DNA of 64,000 bases from Naegleria gruberi (lineage: Eukaryota): the NCBI GenBank assembly GCA_000004985.1, contig GG738856.1. One strand, given 5' to 3'. Positions 1 through 11,424 of the stretch are shown in pieces; position 1 is the stretch's first letter; every line of letters begins with the position of its first letter. The position numbers and the translations under genes are program-made. The notes below the pieces were generated by a model. It made no database searches. It had not been told where the DNA came from and saw nothing but the letters and a program-made list of their open reading frames with translations.

Positions 1-110
1 CTTCCGATAACCATCATCAGGATGGAAATGATCAATCAAAGCTTCGATCACCATCATCACCAACTCACTCAACCTCCTCATCAAGTGTATTCAGCACAAC
101 TTCATCGATC

Positions 111-948
111 ATGCCTACGGAATTATATCCTGCTGGAACAAGCAATGCGGAACGATTGGATCCATTCAGATTAACTCATGATACAGTCAAGATGACTAGT
201 AAAATTGTTGATGATGTATTTCTTCCACCTACAGCGTATTATATTCCTAATTTTTTGACTGAAGAAAAGGAAAAGGATTTACTTCAGAATATTTATGCTG
301 TTAATTCGCAACAATGGCATAGATTGAGTAATAGAAGATTGCAGAGGTGGGGAGGAAATCCAAATGATAAGTTAATGTTTGAGGAGAAATTACCTACTTG
401 GTTGAGTGGACAAAATCTTGGATTGAATGATTTGCATACTTTTCCAGGAAATAGATCAATTAATCATGTTTTAATTAATGAATATGAGGTTAATCAAGGT
501 ATTAATTCTCATAAGGATGGTCCAGTTTATTTTCCAATGGTTTTCATTTTGAGTTTGGAATCTACAGTAATGCTTAATTTTACATTATGTGAAAAGGATG
601 AGGATTATGTGGAACAATGTCCATACATAAGAAGCTTTTCAGTAATTGCTGAGCCTAGATCACTACTCGTTTTCACTGAAGATATCTATCATTGTAAGTG
701 TTTTAAATTTCTCCAACCAATATAATTTACTTTTATTTACTAATATGTTACTAGACTATATGCATGGAATTGAAGAATGTGAAAAGTATGAAATCAATGA
801 TGATATGGTTATTGCCAATGCAGGTCTTTTACACAATAAGGAGCTGGCTGAAACAGGTCACGTTATTGAGAGATCGAAAAGAGTTTCATTGACCTGCAGA
901 TGTGTCAGAAAAGTAGCCAAGAAAAATCTATTCTTCCTTAAGAAATAA
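111..948 (+). CDS. ALKBH6: AlkB homolog 6-like Fe(II)/2-oxoglutarate dioxygenase. Two exons: 111..693 and 755..948 (intron 694..754, donor GTAAGT).
   Basis: The protein aligns with ALKBH6 along its length, including the conserved blocks PxxYYIPNF, RLQRWGG, HxD (INSHKDGP), PRSLLVF and the C-terminal LHGI...RVSLTxR. Track ORFs 111..725 and 646..948 are in different frames and are joined by a 61-nt intron that closes phase 1 correctly. The frame is open from position 3 up to the ATG at 111, so the true start may lie 5' of the window. Confidence 0.75.
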
Positions 949-1521
949 TAAATTCAAAACCACTAAAGAGTAGGTTTCAAAGTTAGCTCTATTGGACAAT
1001 TCCATAACTTGGATGCATGTGTAAATTGAACTTTCATAATTGCTGTTTCTATTCAATTCAAGTGAGTATTTTCTTGGAAATTGATGTAAATCTTTTCTAG
1101 TACAACAAATTAATTTTAACAACAAAAGATATCAAAGCATAATGACAAGAAATCTATTAATGACTTGTGAGATCTATCATAAAACTATTGAAAGCTTAAC
1201 ACCAAATCAAGATGTAATTTTAGAATTTATGAATTGGTCTCAAGATGGAACTAATTTATTTATTAAATCAAGTGAGGGATAAATTTTTAATATTTTACAT
1301 GTATTGTGATAAGGATGAATATTATGATATGATTGAGGAGATTTTATGGATTGAATTGAACATTGTTATGATTAATTTTAAAATGAAGCTTTTCAACATT
1401 TCCAAAATTCCAAAATTTACAGATATACTTATTGAATAATTCTACTAAAATAACATTAATTACTCTTGTAAAATAATTTACAAATAATTTAAAATTACTG
1501 CTTTAATGTAGTGAGCTTGAT

Positions 1522-2309
1522 TTAATTTGAGCTGCTACCTCCACCACACCTATAGAATGATGGGAAACCACATGAAAACCAAATAATCAAGAAAATTACA
1601 ATCAAAATAATAATAGCAATCACTGACACAATGATGATATTTCTCTTTAACATGTTGTTTTTCAATTTCTTACTCTTTGTCTTGTAAAGTTCAGCAGATT
1701 CAACTAAGTCACCAGTTCTGTTGACAAGAATGTCAATCTTTTCTCCTCTTGCTAAAACCTTGTCGATATTGTCAATCATAATATCCTTAACTTCATTAAT
1801 TTGTCCTTTAACTTTTTGAATACGATCGTTTTGTCTTGGATTGTTAAAGAATTTAGTTTGTTGTTTAAGAATTTGTCCAAACTCTCTGTTAAGTCCATTT
1901 GGTTGAATTCTTTTAGATTGTTCTCCAGGATAACTGCTCAAAAATCGTTCCTTTACATCATCAAGGAAATTGAATGGTATTCTTGAACCAAAATCCTTTC
2001 CACTCATACAGAAGAAGATCAACCCATATTCTCCAACAACCATAATATGGAACATATATTGATCATACACATAGGAGACTATTATGATCATTAAGTTAAT
2101 TTTCTTTCAAAACTCTACAACATACCTTTTGTAGATTTGTTACTTGGGATCTTTTCCAAAATTTGTTTAGAAATTTGTTGGAAATTTCCTTTACTTTCAG
2201 TATATTCACACAATATCGTGGCACCTCTTGCAACCAAAGAATAAATAATTCCGGTTTCGGTTGGGCCTACACCACCACCATCATCATCACCAATACTTCC
2301 ATAACTCAT
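1522..2309 (-). CDS. VAMP7: Longin-type v-SNARE (VAMP7/synaptobrevin family). Two exons: 2309..2126 and 2078..1522 (47-nt intron, donor GTATGT).
   Basis: N-terminal longin domain (IIYSLVARGATIL...), SNARE heptad region (KVKGQINEVKDIMIDNIDKVLARGEKIDILVNRTGDL) and a C-terminal transmembrane segment (IIIVSVIAIIILIVIFLIIW). Track ORFs 2115..2309 and 1522..2091 join in frame via a phase-1 intron. An a-rich run precedes the ATG. Confidence 0.8.
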
Positions 2310-2522
2310 TTTTTTAAAGATTTTTTTTTAAATGATTATTTAATCTTTCGGAGTTTATAAGGTGATGCACGTTTATTGTTTTTAATTGGAAACAGATTAG
2401 AGTTTGGAAATGTACTTGTTTTATTGTTGTGAAATATTATTGTAAAGTTGTATAAATAATAATAGGTTTAGACTCTTTGAATTGAATTTCACTGTTCTTG
2501 CTCACGATGAACTTAAAAAAAA

Positions 2523-3718
2523 ATGTCTGAAAATCAAGTGCCAGAAATTCAGTTGAAGGATGGTGAAGAAAAAGAGATACAAGATCATATGGATCATAAC
2601 GATCATGGAGAACAAACTCTGCCTGTACTCAACGGAGGAAATATAAAATATTTGGATATGGTAGAATTTGATAATCGATTCAATGATGATATATTCCGAT
2701 TGGTTTTGTCTTTTCTTGCTATTCGTGATTTGGGAAGATTGGAAAGAGTGAGTAAACATCTAAGATTGAGCCAATTGTGTGGCGAAGATTCAGAAATATG
2801 GAGGAAAGCTTATGAAAAAAAAGTTACTGAATTACATGAAATTTTGAAAAAATCTGGGGCTATTTATGAAAATCCAATTCTGCCCTTTTTGGGTAAGATA
2901 TCAGATTTTAAATCAAGTATTTGTGGTGCATTGAAAGTGTTTGATACCCTAGTAGAGAAAAAGTCTTCAGTGAGAATGGAAGATATAGAAAGATCGATCA
3001 AGAACTATCCCACTACTGGTATTAAGAACATTTTTGTGCCAAAGGATGAGCTCTTAAAATTCGATGTATCCTCAGCTGTATATAAAAAGAAAGAGGAAGG
3101 TATTAAATTGCTTGCATTAGGTAGGTTTAGTTTAAGAATTATTGATTCATATTATAAGGGGATGGAGCTGTTGGAAAAACTTGTTTGATGCTAAGGTTAC
3201 TCACTGGAGAGTATCCAACCGAGTACGTTCCTACTGTGGTGGACAATTATATGAATAATTATCAACTCGACAATAATGTCTATAGAGTATGTTACTGGGA
3301 TACAGCAAGTTCAGATGATTATCCTAGGCTGAGAGTTTTGGCATATCCTCAAACAGATGTCTTTATGGCAATGTTTAGTTGTGTTCAAGAGTATTCTTTC
3401 AAAAATTTATTCGATGTTTGGATACCAGAAGTGAGACACCATGTTCCTGATGCTGCCACTGTTCTCGTTGCTACAAAGATAGATTTGAGAAGTGATATTG
3501 ATGTTCAGGCAAAACTGATTGAAAGATATTGTACCAGACCGTTCTCTTACAAAGATGGCGAAAAGGCAGCACAACTTTCCAATTGTTTCACCTATTTTGA
3601 GACAAGCTCACTGATGAATATTGGTATCAAAGATTTTACAGAAATAGCCTTAAAGGCACACTTTAAAAATTTGAGTTTGAGAGAAACTAAAGAAAAAAGG
3701 AAATGCATCTTACAATAA
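2523..3718 (+). CDS. F-box-like N-terminal domain fused to a Rho/Rac-family small GTPase with a C-terminal CAAX. Two exons: 2523..3120 and 3159..3718 (38-nt intron, donor GTAGGT, splits the Gly codon of GDGAVGKT).
   Basis: F-box signature DDIFRLVLSFLAIRDLGRLERVSKHLRL...IWRK. After splicing, the P-loop reads LLALG|DGAVGKT. Rho-type blocks follow: TEYVPTVVDNY, WDTASSDDY (G3 lacks the catalytic Gln), the Rac-like TKIDLR, and a polybasic KEKRKCILQ CAAX box. Joining track ORFs 2523..3188 and 3185..3718 is in phase. Confidence 0.7.
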
Positions 3719-3800
3719 TTGCCAAACCTTTTTATTCAAACATAAACAAAGAAATGGCGGCTGATGGTACATTAAGGTTAATTAAGGATTGTGTAGCATA

Positions 3801-3873
3801 GCCCGTCTAGCTCAGTCGGTAGAGCGCAAGGCTCTTAACCTTGTGGTCGTGGGTTCGACCCCCACGGTGGGCG
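3801..3873 (+). tRNA. tRNA-Lys (anticodon CUU)
   Basis: Cloverleaf: acceptor GCCCGTC/GGTGGGC, D-arm GCTCAGTCGGTAGAGC, anticodon stem CAAGG/CCTTG with loop CTCTTAA, T-arm GTGGGTTCGACCCCCAC. Matches the canonical eukaryotic tRNA-Lys(CTT). Confidence 0.9.
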
Positions 3874-4241
3874 ATTCATATTTTAATTTCTCTTTTTCAG
3901 CTAACTGTTCTCTTGGTTATTTATTTCCTAAAATGAAGTATTTCAAATAACTAATCCTTCTTTTTATTTTTCAAAAACAATTTAATTAAAAAACATTAGT
4001 CTGACTCCCAGATTTCACTCTCTGTTAGCTCATGCTCAGAGAACCATCACAGCTACCTCCCTACAGTAGCCCAGCTTGTCTGTAAAGAAAGATTTGCAAA
4101 GGTTGGAAGAGAAAATATTTTCTAGTCATTTATAAATGTGGTTTGATGAAATGAATATTTTCTCTCCTTTCAAGTTTGATGGTTGAAGGTGCCGCCAAAA
4201 TTTACTACAGAAAAATTACTGTCCAATAACAATTTAAAAAA

Positions 4242-5921
4242 ATGAGCAACAACAAGTACAGTCACAATGATGCCATCATGGAGATGCAGGATAAATTAAA
4301 CCTTCTGGATGGAGATCGTGATAGAAAAGCAACAATGGAAACAAAACAAAGAGCTTTGCAAAAGAATATCGATACATTAGAGATGGTTAAAAAGGAAAAC
4401 AATGAATTAAAGGAAACGTTAAAAAAGCTTCAAAAAGAAGTAGGAGGAAATAACGGAGAGAAATCATTCCAAGAAAAAGAATATGAAAGATTGGAAACAA
4501 TTCTTCATTTGAAAAGACAAGAATTTGATGAGCTTCAAGCTATTGCTAGAAATTTGCAAAAAACAATCCGAAAGAAGGAAGATAAGTTGGGTGATTTCAA
4601 TAAGGAAAAGGCACCAATCCTTACTGATGACTCGCCCTTGACGAGACAAATCAGAATTTTAGAAAACAGACTCGATAAGGCCATGATTAAGTACAATGAA
4701 GCTCAAAGTATTAAAAAGACATATGAACAAATTTTGGAAAGACTAAAGGAGGAAAGAATAGGGTTCGATAACCAACTTCAAGCAATTGAAAGAACTTTGA
4801 AAGCCAAGGATAAGGACTATATTGAATTGTTGAACATGTCCCGAGATGCTAATTATTTGAGAGAGCTTGCTAAAAATGAATTGACAACAGCAAAAGGTGA
4901 ATTCGAAGAATCTGTTAGGGATATGAGAAAGGAACTTGATGAAAAGAAGAAATATGTTGAAGCTAGAGTTAACTTGACAACTGACTTGGCAAAGAAGGAA
5001 GCAAATAGAAGAAGAAATCAAGATGAAGAAGGATCAAAGAAGTTCAGATCCTCCAGTGCATCTCAACAAAACAGCAGTGTAAATAAGACCCAAGTTGATG
5101 AAGAAAGAGATAGACTTCAAGGTTTAGAAGAAAAATGGAGAAAGATCAAGGAAGTAACTGGTGTAGATGATGTAAATGAAGTTATCCAGAAATTCCTTTC
5201 ATCTTCGGACACACACAAGAATTTGGAACAAATGACAAAGGAATCTCAAAAGAGAATAGAACACCTCACTGAAAAGAGAGCAGCTTTGAAAGCCAGACTT
5301 GAAGATCTTAAATATTCTCAATCATCTGGTTTGGGAAGCAGAAGAATTGTCGACGAATTCATTCAACAATTATCAGAAGCCCAATCAAAGAACGAAAGAC
5401 AAAAGCAACAATTCGAAAGAATTGCCAAAATACTGGTCAACGTTAAAGCTGGTACAGAACACTTGAATGATAAGATGGCCCCAGCTCTTGTTGATTTATC
5501 AATGGCAGAAAATCTTTCAAGGAAGTTTATTGAAGAAATTGCCAGAGGTGAAGATATTTCTCTTAATGCAGAATCAGCCAGGGATGAGAATGTTAGCATG
5601 TCTACAGTCTCACTAGGAACTCAAAGTAACGAAGAACGACATATTGTAAATTTATTAGCACAATGTTATGTCAATTTATCAGCTGTTTTAGAAAGTTTAC
5701 CATCAGAGGAAGAACTATTCCAAGAAACTTTGAAATCTACCGATTCATTTGATTTCAATCAAAGTAAGAATAATATTAGAATTAAGATCAATCATGAAGA
5801 TAATCAAGATTCTGAATCCGAAGATGATGATGATGATAAGGAAGCTGAGCTCATCAGTAGACTTAACGTTAAGAAAAAGGCTGAGAAACTCATGTCCAAA
5901 ACTAAGGTCGTTAAAAAATAA
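4242..5921 (+). CDS. Coiled-coil protein of the CCDC63/CCDC114 (outer dynein arm docking complex DC2) type
   Basis: Continuous 559-aa ORF, heptad-rich throughout. The N-terminal pattern LNLLDGDRDRKA...KENNELKE resembles the conserved start of ODA-DC2/CCDC114-family proteins. The gene sits near DNAI2. Family assignment is tentative. Confidence 0.5.
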   Translation: MSNNKYSHNDAIMEMQDKLNLLDGDRDRKATMETKQRALQKNIDTLEMVKKENNELKETLKKLQKEVGGNNGEKSFQEKEYERLETILHLKRQEFDELQAIARNLQKTIRKKEDKLGDFNKEKAPILTDDSPLTRQIRILENRLDKAMIKYNEAQSIKKTYEQILERLKEERIGFDNQLQAIERTLKAKDKDYIELLNMSRDANYLRELAKNELTTAKGEFEESVRDMRKELDEKKKYVEARVNLTTDLAKKEANRRRNQDEEGSKKFRSSSASQQNSSVNKTQVDEERDRLQGLEEKWRKIKEVTGVDDVNEVIQKFLSSSDTHKNLEQMTKESQKRIEHLTEKRAALKARLEDLKYSQSSGLGSRRIVDEFIQQLSEAQSKNERQKQQFERIAKILVNVKAGTEHLNDKMAPALVDLSMAENLSRKFIEEIARGEDISLNAESARDENVSMSTVSLGTQSNEERHIVNLLAQCYVNLSAVLESLPSEEELFQETLKSTDSFDFNQSKNNIRIKINHEDNQDSESEDDDDDKEAELISRLNVKKKAEKLMSKTKVVKK

Positions 5922-5945
5922 AATGTAAAATTCAACTGTAAAAAA

Positions 5946-6797
5946 ATGTTAAATTCACCCGTCTCTCAAAAACCCCCACTTTCTCATGTAACGGTTAGTT
6001 TGGAAAATGTTCGATTATCACCAGCATCTCGACAAGGGCTTACATCAGTGAAAGATCTTTCTAAGGATAAGGCACCTCTTCTTCCTAGGAATGTGGTTAA
6101 TGTCTTGGAATTTGTTGGAGATTTAATTGAATCCAGTTCTGATGTAAATACAACCCCTATAAAAGATAGAATTGAATTGAGAAAGAAAGACCGAGAGGAA
6201 ATAATGAAAAGTACCCTTAATGATGATTTCGGATCTTTGTTACCTGAAACTACTCCTGATATTAATTCAAATTTAGCTCAAAAGAAACCTAATAATACAG
6301 ACTCTGACGATTCTGAAGAAGATGAAGAAGATGATAATGGAACAATAGGAATTGGAAAACAAATTTCTCTCTACACTAAATTACCTCCACCTAATGTACA
6401 AATACTCCCTTTCAATTTTCTCACAAAGAAGGCTGAAATTGAAGGAGAACAAAATAGTGAAAACCTTGGTGATGAATTAGATAATCTCATCACAAATATT
6501 CAAACAAGAGAAGACTTTGAAAATCTCAAATCTAGAACCAATGACTATTTGGATCGTTTGATTAATCTTGTTGATAATCTGTATGGACAAAATCAGAATG
6601 AATATGTAGTTTACCATTCCAGCAGATCAAAGAAGGGTAACAAGGTCAAGAAGGATCAAGCTAAAGAACAACCGACCACCATTCAATTCCTGAAAGCTTT
6701 GGATAAGGCAAACAATATCATGGAGGAAGTTGATAGATCTCGTAGAGAAACTCAACTCAAAAAGAAGATTGGTATTACTCACTATCAAAAACTGTAA
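5946..6797 (+). CDS. Hypothetical acidic/Ser-rich protein
   Basis: 283-aa ORF with its own aaaaaaATG context, only 24 nt downstream of the previous stop. No recognisable domain. It could instead be a 3' exon of the upstream gene; RNA evidence is needed. Confidence 0.35.
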   Translation: MLNSPVSQKPPLSHVTVSLENVRLSPASRQGLTSVKDLSKDKAPLLPRNVVNVLEFVGDLIESSSDVNTTPIKDRIELRKKDREEIMKSTLNDDFGSLLPETTPDINSNLAQKKPNNTDSDDSEEDEEDDNGTIGIGKQISLYTKLPPPNVQILPFNFLTKKAEIEGEQNSENLGDELDNLITNIQTREDFENLKSRTNDYLDRLINLVDNLYGQNQNEYVVYHSSRSKKGNKVKKDQAKEQPTTIQFLKALDKANNIMEEVDRSRRETQLKKKIGITHYQKL

Positions 6798-6880
6798 ATC
6801 ATTATATTCCGTGTACTTTACTACTTTCCAATTTTAATATTTAATAATAATAATTAAATAACATTAATTTAAATAAAAAA

Positions 6881-8233
6881 ATGAGTGGAAAACAATTGTG
6901 GGTCAAAAAGACAGTGGTCAATAATAACCAACAACAACAACCATCATCTCCCAATACAGCAACAACAAACAATAATACTCCAACAAGTAATACAACAACT
7001 CCGAATGTTACCTCAGGAAGTGATCAATCATCTTCAACCCAACCAAATAATCCTGCCAGCACATCACCATCTTCAACTCTAAAGATTACTTCAACACTCA
7101 AACACAATGCCACTCCATTTACTCCCCAAAACTTTGTACCCCTTACACAACCTCAACCTGTCCCAACACCACAACCAGTTCCTCCTGTACTAGTAGCTGA
7201 AAAACAACCACACCCTAAAAAGAATCACCCAAAGAAACAACATCAAAAGGCTAATCAAGGAAATAATAATCAACAAAATAATCAAGGAAATAATGTCGGA
7301 AATAGTAATACTAATAATAATAATAATGAACAACATTATGGAAGTCTTTTGAAGAACAAGACAAAAGTAATTATTAGAAATATTCCCTATAATTTTACAG
7401 AGCAGGATTTTATTGTGAAATGTGCTCCAAAGAGTTTTGTTACAGAGCAAGTAAAGCAGCAACAACCTCCTGTTGTAGCTAGTGCCACACCAACTTCGGA
7501 ACCTAGCACTCCAACCCTACCAGAAATTCCACACTTTATCTATGATCCTAAAAAGATCACATGGTCCGACTTTCATGTTGGACACAAGACCATGACTCAG
7601 GTATTTTCAAGTATTGCTTATTTGAATTTTGCAAGTGTTTCCTTGTTGCATCAGTTCAAAAATGAATTTTATGAGGAGTTGAAGAGCAAGCAATCAGTTG
7701 CTCTTTCTTCCTCTGTTCAAATCACGGATGATGATGTTGATGAAAGTCCAGTACCTACATTGGCAGCTACTAATACCTCAATATGGAGAGAAACACCAAT
7801 GACTATTGAATATTGTCCTCTACAAATGGTTCCAAAGCCAAAGAAGAAAGATCCAAGAGATGGAACAATTTTCAAGGATGAACATTATTTAAGATTTTTG
7901 GAACAACTAAAGCAACCTAAAGATCTCACATTACAACCTCTTAGTTTGGATAATAGTTCTACGACAAGTGGACTTGGTCTTGATGGCGGAGAAAGCTCTG
8001 ATGGAAGTACTTCAAGCAAAAAACTTGGTACAAATATTCCACTTGCTCTTGGAGGTGTTGGAGCTTCATCAAGTTATACTAAGAAAACTGACGAACCTAT
8101 TATTTCACCATTATTGAAGGAATTACTTGAAAAGAAAAATAAGAAGGGAGCTAATCAAAATAATGATCCAAACAAACCAAAGGGAAACAATCCTAAGAAG
8201 TCTGGAAAGCCTCAATACAAGAGAAAATACTAA
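6881..8233 (+). CDS. UPF3: UPF3 (regulator of nonsense transcripts 3; Smg4/UPF3 domain) with an N/Q/T-rich N-terminus
   Basis: KTKVIIRNIPYNFTEQDF aligns to KVVIRRLPPTLTKEQL. IEYCPLQMVPKPKKKDPRDGTIFKDEHYLRFLEQL aligns to IVEFAPFQK..KKKRDTKVGTIDDDPEYRKFLES of UPF3B. Confidence 0.75.
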   Translation: MSGKQLWVKKTVVNNNQQQQPSSPNTATTNNNTPTSNTTTPNVTSGSDQSSSTQPNNPASTSPSSTLKITSTLKHNATPFTPQNFVPLTQPQPVPTPQPVPPVLVAEKQPHPKKNHPKKQHQKANQGNNNQQNNQGNNVGNSNTNNNNNEQHYGSLLKNKTKVIIRNIPYNFTEQDFIVKCAPKSFVTEQVKQQQPPVVASATPTSEPSTPTLPEIPHFIYDPKKITWSDFHVGHKTMTQVFSSIAYLNFASVSLLHQFKNEFYEELKSKQSVALSSSVQITDDDVDESPVPTLAATNTSIWRETPMTIEYCPLQMVPKPKKKDPRDGTIFKDEHYLRFLEQLKQPKDLTLQPLSLDNSSTTSGLGLDGGESSDGSTSSKKLGTNIPLALGGVGASSSYTKKTDEPIISPLLKELLEKKNKKGANQNNDPNKPKGNNPKKSGKPQYKRKY

Positions 8234-8394
8234 TTTCCCAAAGGTACACCACTCAATTAGAATGAATTATTGGAATAATTGACATGAATTCAATGAGAAA
8301 GTCAAAGAACTCAAAGAATAAGGAACAACAAAATTGGCAACAATAAGCTAAGGATGTTGTAAAATAAAAAAGCATAAATAACTGATTTTTGTTA

Positions 8395-10820
8395 TTAGAA
8401 ATATAATGTTTTCACATCATTTGGATCATATCTCATACCGCACCTAGGACATTTTCTGTTTCTTATTTTGATATTCTTATCCAGACAAGTCTTACAAAAA
8501 CAGTGGAAGCATCTACTGATCACTGTATCAATATCGTTCTCATTACATTGAGAACATCTGAAAGAAGTGTCAGTGCTGCTACTTGCGGTAAGTGTCTTTT
8601 CCTTTTCTAAGAAACGTTGCTTCTCCGATTCCAGCTTTTTGATGGAAAGAGTTTGCTTGTGACATTCTGTCTCCTTCTTTTCAAGGTCCTGTAAAAGTTG
8701 ATTATTTTTAGCTTTGGATTGTTCCAGTTCTGTAGAAAGTGATTGCACTGATTGTTTGGAATTTTCCAAAACTTGTCTTTGGTGATCAATTATTCTCTTG
8801 TATTGAGTTTCTTCAAGCTTTCCCTTTTCAACAATTTCTGATAACATGGTCTTTTCGTTATTGAGTGTCACTATTTTTTCATCATATTGTTTCTTAATTT
8901 TCTCATGTTCTGTACAAACATCAGATAATCTTTTCATTTCTTCCTTCATTGATTCTACATTCTTTTCTAATTTAGCCTTTTCTTTCATGGACTCAAGTCT
9001 TTGTTCTTCTGCTCTATCAACTCTTTTGGCAATGTCCTCCTTTTCTTGGAGTAATTTTTCATAACATTGCGTTGTATCATTGAGAGAACTTTCAAACATT
9101 TCACTTTGTTCCTTCCATTTGATAATTTCTGCCTTGAGTAAAGAAATTTCCGTTTCTGGCTCCTTAGGTTGAGAAGAAGATTCTTTAGACTCCTTATGAT
9201 CGGCTGCTAATTTTGACAGCTCTTCATTTCTCTTCTTGTACATATTTAATTGTCTAACAATCTCTTCCTTATCTTGCTTGTAAACTCGCAATTCTTCAGC
9301 AGATGCTTTAGCTCTTTCATACCTAGCAACAAGTTTGTTGTACTTTTCTGTTTGCTCTTTTTTCTTTTGAAGCAATTGTTCATTCTGTTTGACAAGGTGG
9401 TGCTCAGACTTTTCCTTTGTCACCTTTTCAAGATTATCTTTGAGATTCTTGTTTTCCTTCTTCATTTCAAGTATATCTTGTTTAATCTTTTCCTTAAAAG
9501 TATTATAAGTTTCTTCAAGAGCCTTGATATTTGCCTTATTCTTTTCAACTTCCTGATTGTATTGATTGTAAAATTGTTCAACTCTTAATTTTTCCTTTTG
9601 AACATGATCCTTATAGTAATCTACTTCAGCAGTAACGTTTTTGATCTTTAACTCTAATTCCTCTATTTTGACTTTGTGTCGTTCATTAATGCCATATTCT
9701 TTAGAATATTTTTGAGCATATTCTTGTAACTCTTCTTCTCTTTTTAAAAGAGCTTGTCTGACATCATCTACTTGGGCATTTGCAGGTAAGCTGTCAAGAG
9801 CTGATGAAGAAAAAACTCGTGTTGGCGTACGGAAAGGTGATAATGGTGTAGAACAAGGAGATGCTGAACGTAATTCTTCATTTTCTAAAGAAATTCTTTC
9901 AACTTTTTTGTATGTGTCTACATATTCCTCCTGTTTCTCATCTAACTTTTGTTTTAATTCCTCTAATTTTTTGTTTGAGTCTTTAAGTTGTTCATGAAGA
10001 GAATTGTATTCATCCTTTATCTCTCTATATTCAATATTTAAAGCTTTGAGTTTCTCTTCCAATTGTTTCTCATTACTACTCGTTTTCCCATCTTTTACGC
10101 TGTTAACTGATTGTATGATTTTTGAAAGTATACTCTTCAACCTTTCGAACAGTTGGTTAATTGAGTCATCATCTGTTTTGCCATTGTAAACTTTGCTAAT
10201 AAAATCCAAACCTACCACTCCATTTGGAACTGAAGGTAATCTTGATAACTGTATTGAAATGTCTTCTATCATCTAACAAGGTTATTATAGGAAATGTATT
10301 TGAAATGAAACATACATGATTAAATTGTCTAACAAGTCTCATCATATTCGAAGAAGTATTATCTCTTTGTTTGGATGCTTCTTTAGCTTCATTAATAAGC
10401 TGTTGATTTAACATGTTTAACTCCTTATTTTTGAGTAATAATCTCTTCTTTTGCTCATTGACAAGTTTCAGGTCATGCTGAAATGGTCATTCAATAATTA
10501 ATTAAAATCAATCTACATACCACTTCTGAAGCGTTAAATTTAGTCTTCTTAGTTGGTGGAGAAAGAGGTTCAGATGATTGTGATTGTTGGGATGGTTCAA
10601 TTTTAGTTGGGGTAGATGGGAAAGAAGTTGTTGTGGAAATAGAGGAAGGTGTGGCTTGTGTAGGGGTAAAAGATCCAACTGCAGGACTTGGTGTATCTGG
10701 TATTGATTGAAGATTAGTAGTATTGATATGAAGATGACTTCCATTCAACTTTGGACTTCCTTGGTTGATTTCATCTTGTTTTCTCTTCCTAACCTCCTTA
10801 TCCTTCAGTTTGTGCAACAT
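8395..10820 (-). CDS. BRE1: BRE1-type (RNF20/40-like) E3 ubiquitin ligase: long coiled coil plus C-terminal C3HC4 RING. Three exons: 10820..10521, 10477..10316 and 10272..8395 (two 43-nt introns, donors GTATGT).
   Basis: The C-terminus CSQCNENDIDTVISRCFHCFCKTCLDKNIKIRNRKCPRCGMRY matches the BRE1 RING. An extensive E/K/L heptad coiled coil lies upstream. The track ORF fragments (10491..10919, 10196..10414, 8395..10272) join in frame. Confidence 0.8.
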
Positions 10821-11424
10821 TGTTAAATCTATCTGTTGGGGTTTTTTGGTATTCTTGAAAATTACGTAATAGAATGTATGGTGAAATATTTGACGATGAT
10901 CCTGACACAACACACACAAAGGTTCTTTTGCAAAACCGTTTTCTTGTTGTTGTTTTTAGGGAGGTATATATTTCCAATTAATTAATTTAAATATACCAAG
11001 AAGATTTCGTCTAATAAACACTCTCCAATATATTATAAAATATAATCAATCACTCCCAGAGGGTTTGATGATAACTTTCTTGTATAAACGGTTCTACTAC
11101 ACTATCCACAAAATATGTGGTTTGTTGGACAATAATCAAGTGATGACGTTAAAATTTTTTTGCAAGATTTTAGAAGAAGCGCCAACTTGATATGATGACG
11201 ATCAAAATCTCCAACATCTTTTGCTACACGTTCTCTCGCACAAGGAAGTGAAACAAGTGAAGATAAAATTGTATTCAACTACTACGAGCACTAAGTTAAT
11301 ATTAGATTTAAAATTTTTATTAGTAGCATGTTGTATTGATATCCGCCTATGATGGCAATTTTAAAGGAATTTTCTCTTACCAGCAAGCTTTCTTCATCAT
11401 GATGGAAAAATACATTAAAAAAAA

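Noticed and set aside
4464-5599. Several 60-90-aa minus-strand ORFs inside gene 4242..5921
   Set aside because: They are antisense to a long, well-supported coiled-coil ORF. The AT-rich, stop-poor frames are spurious.
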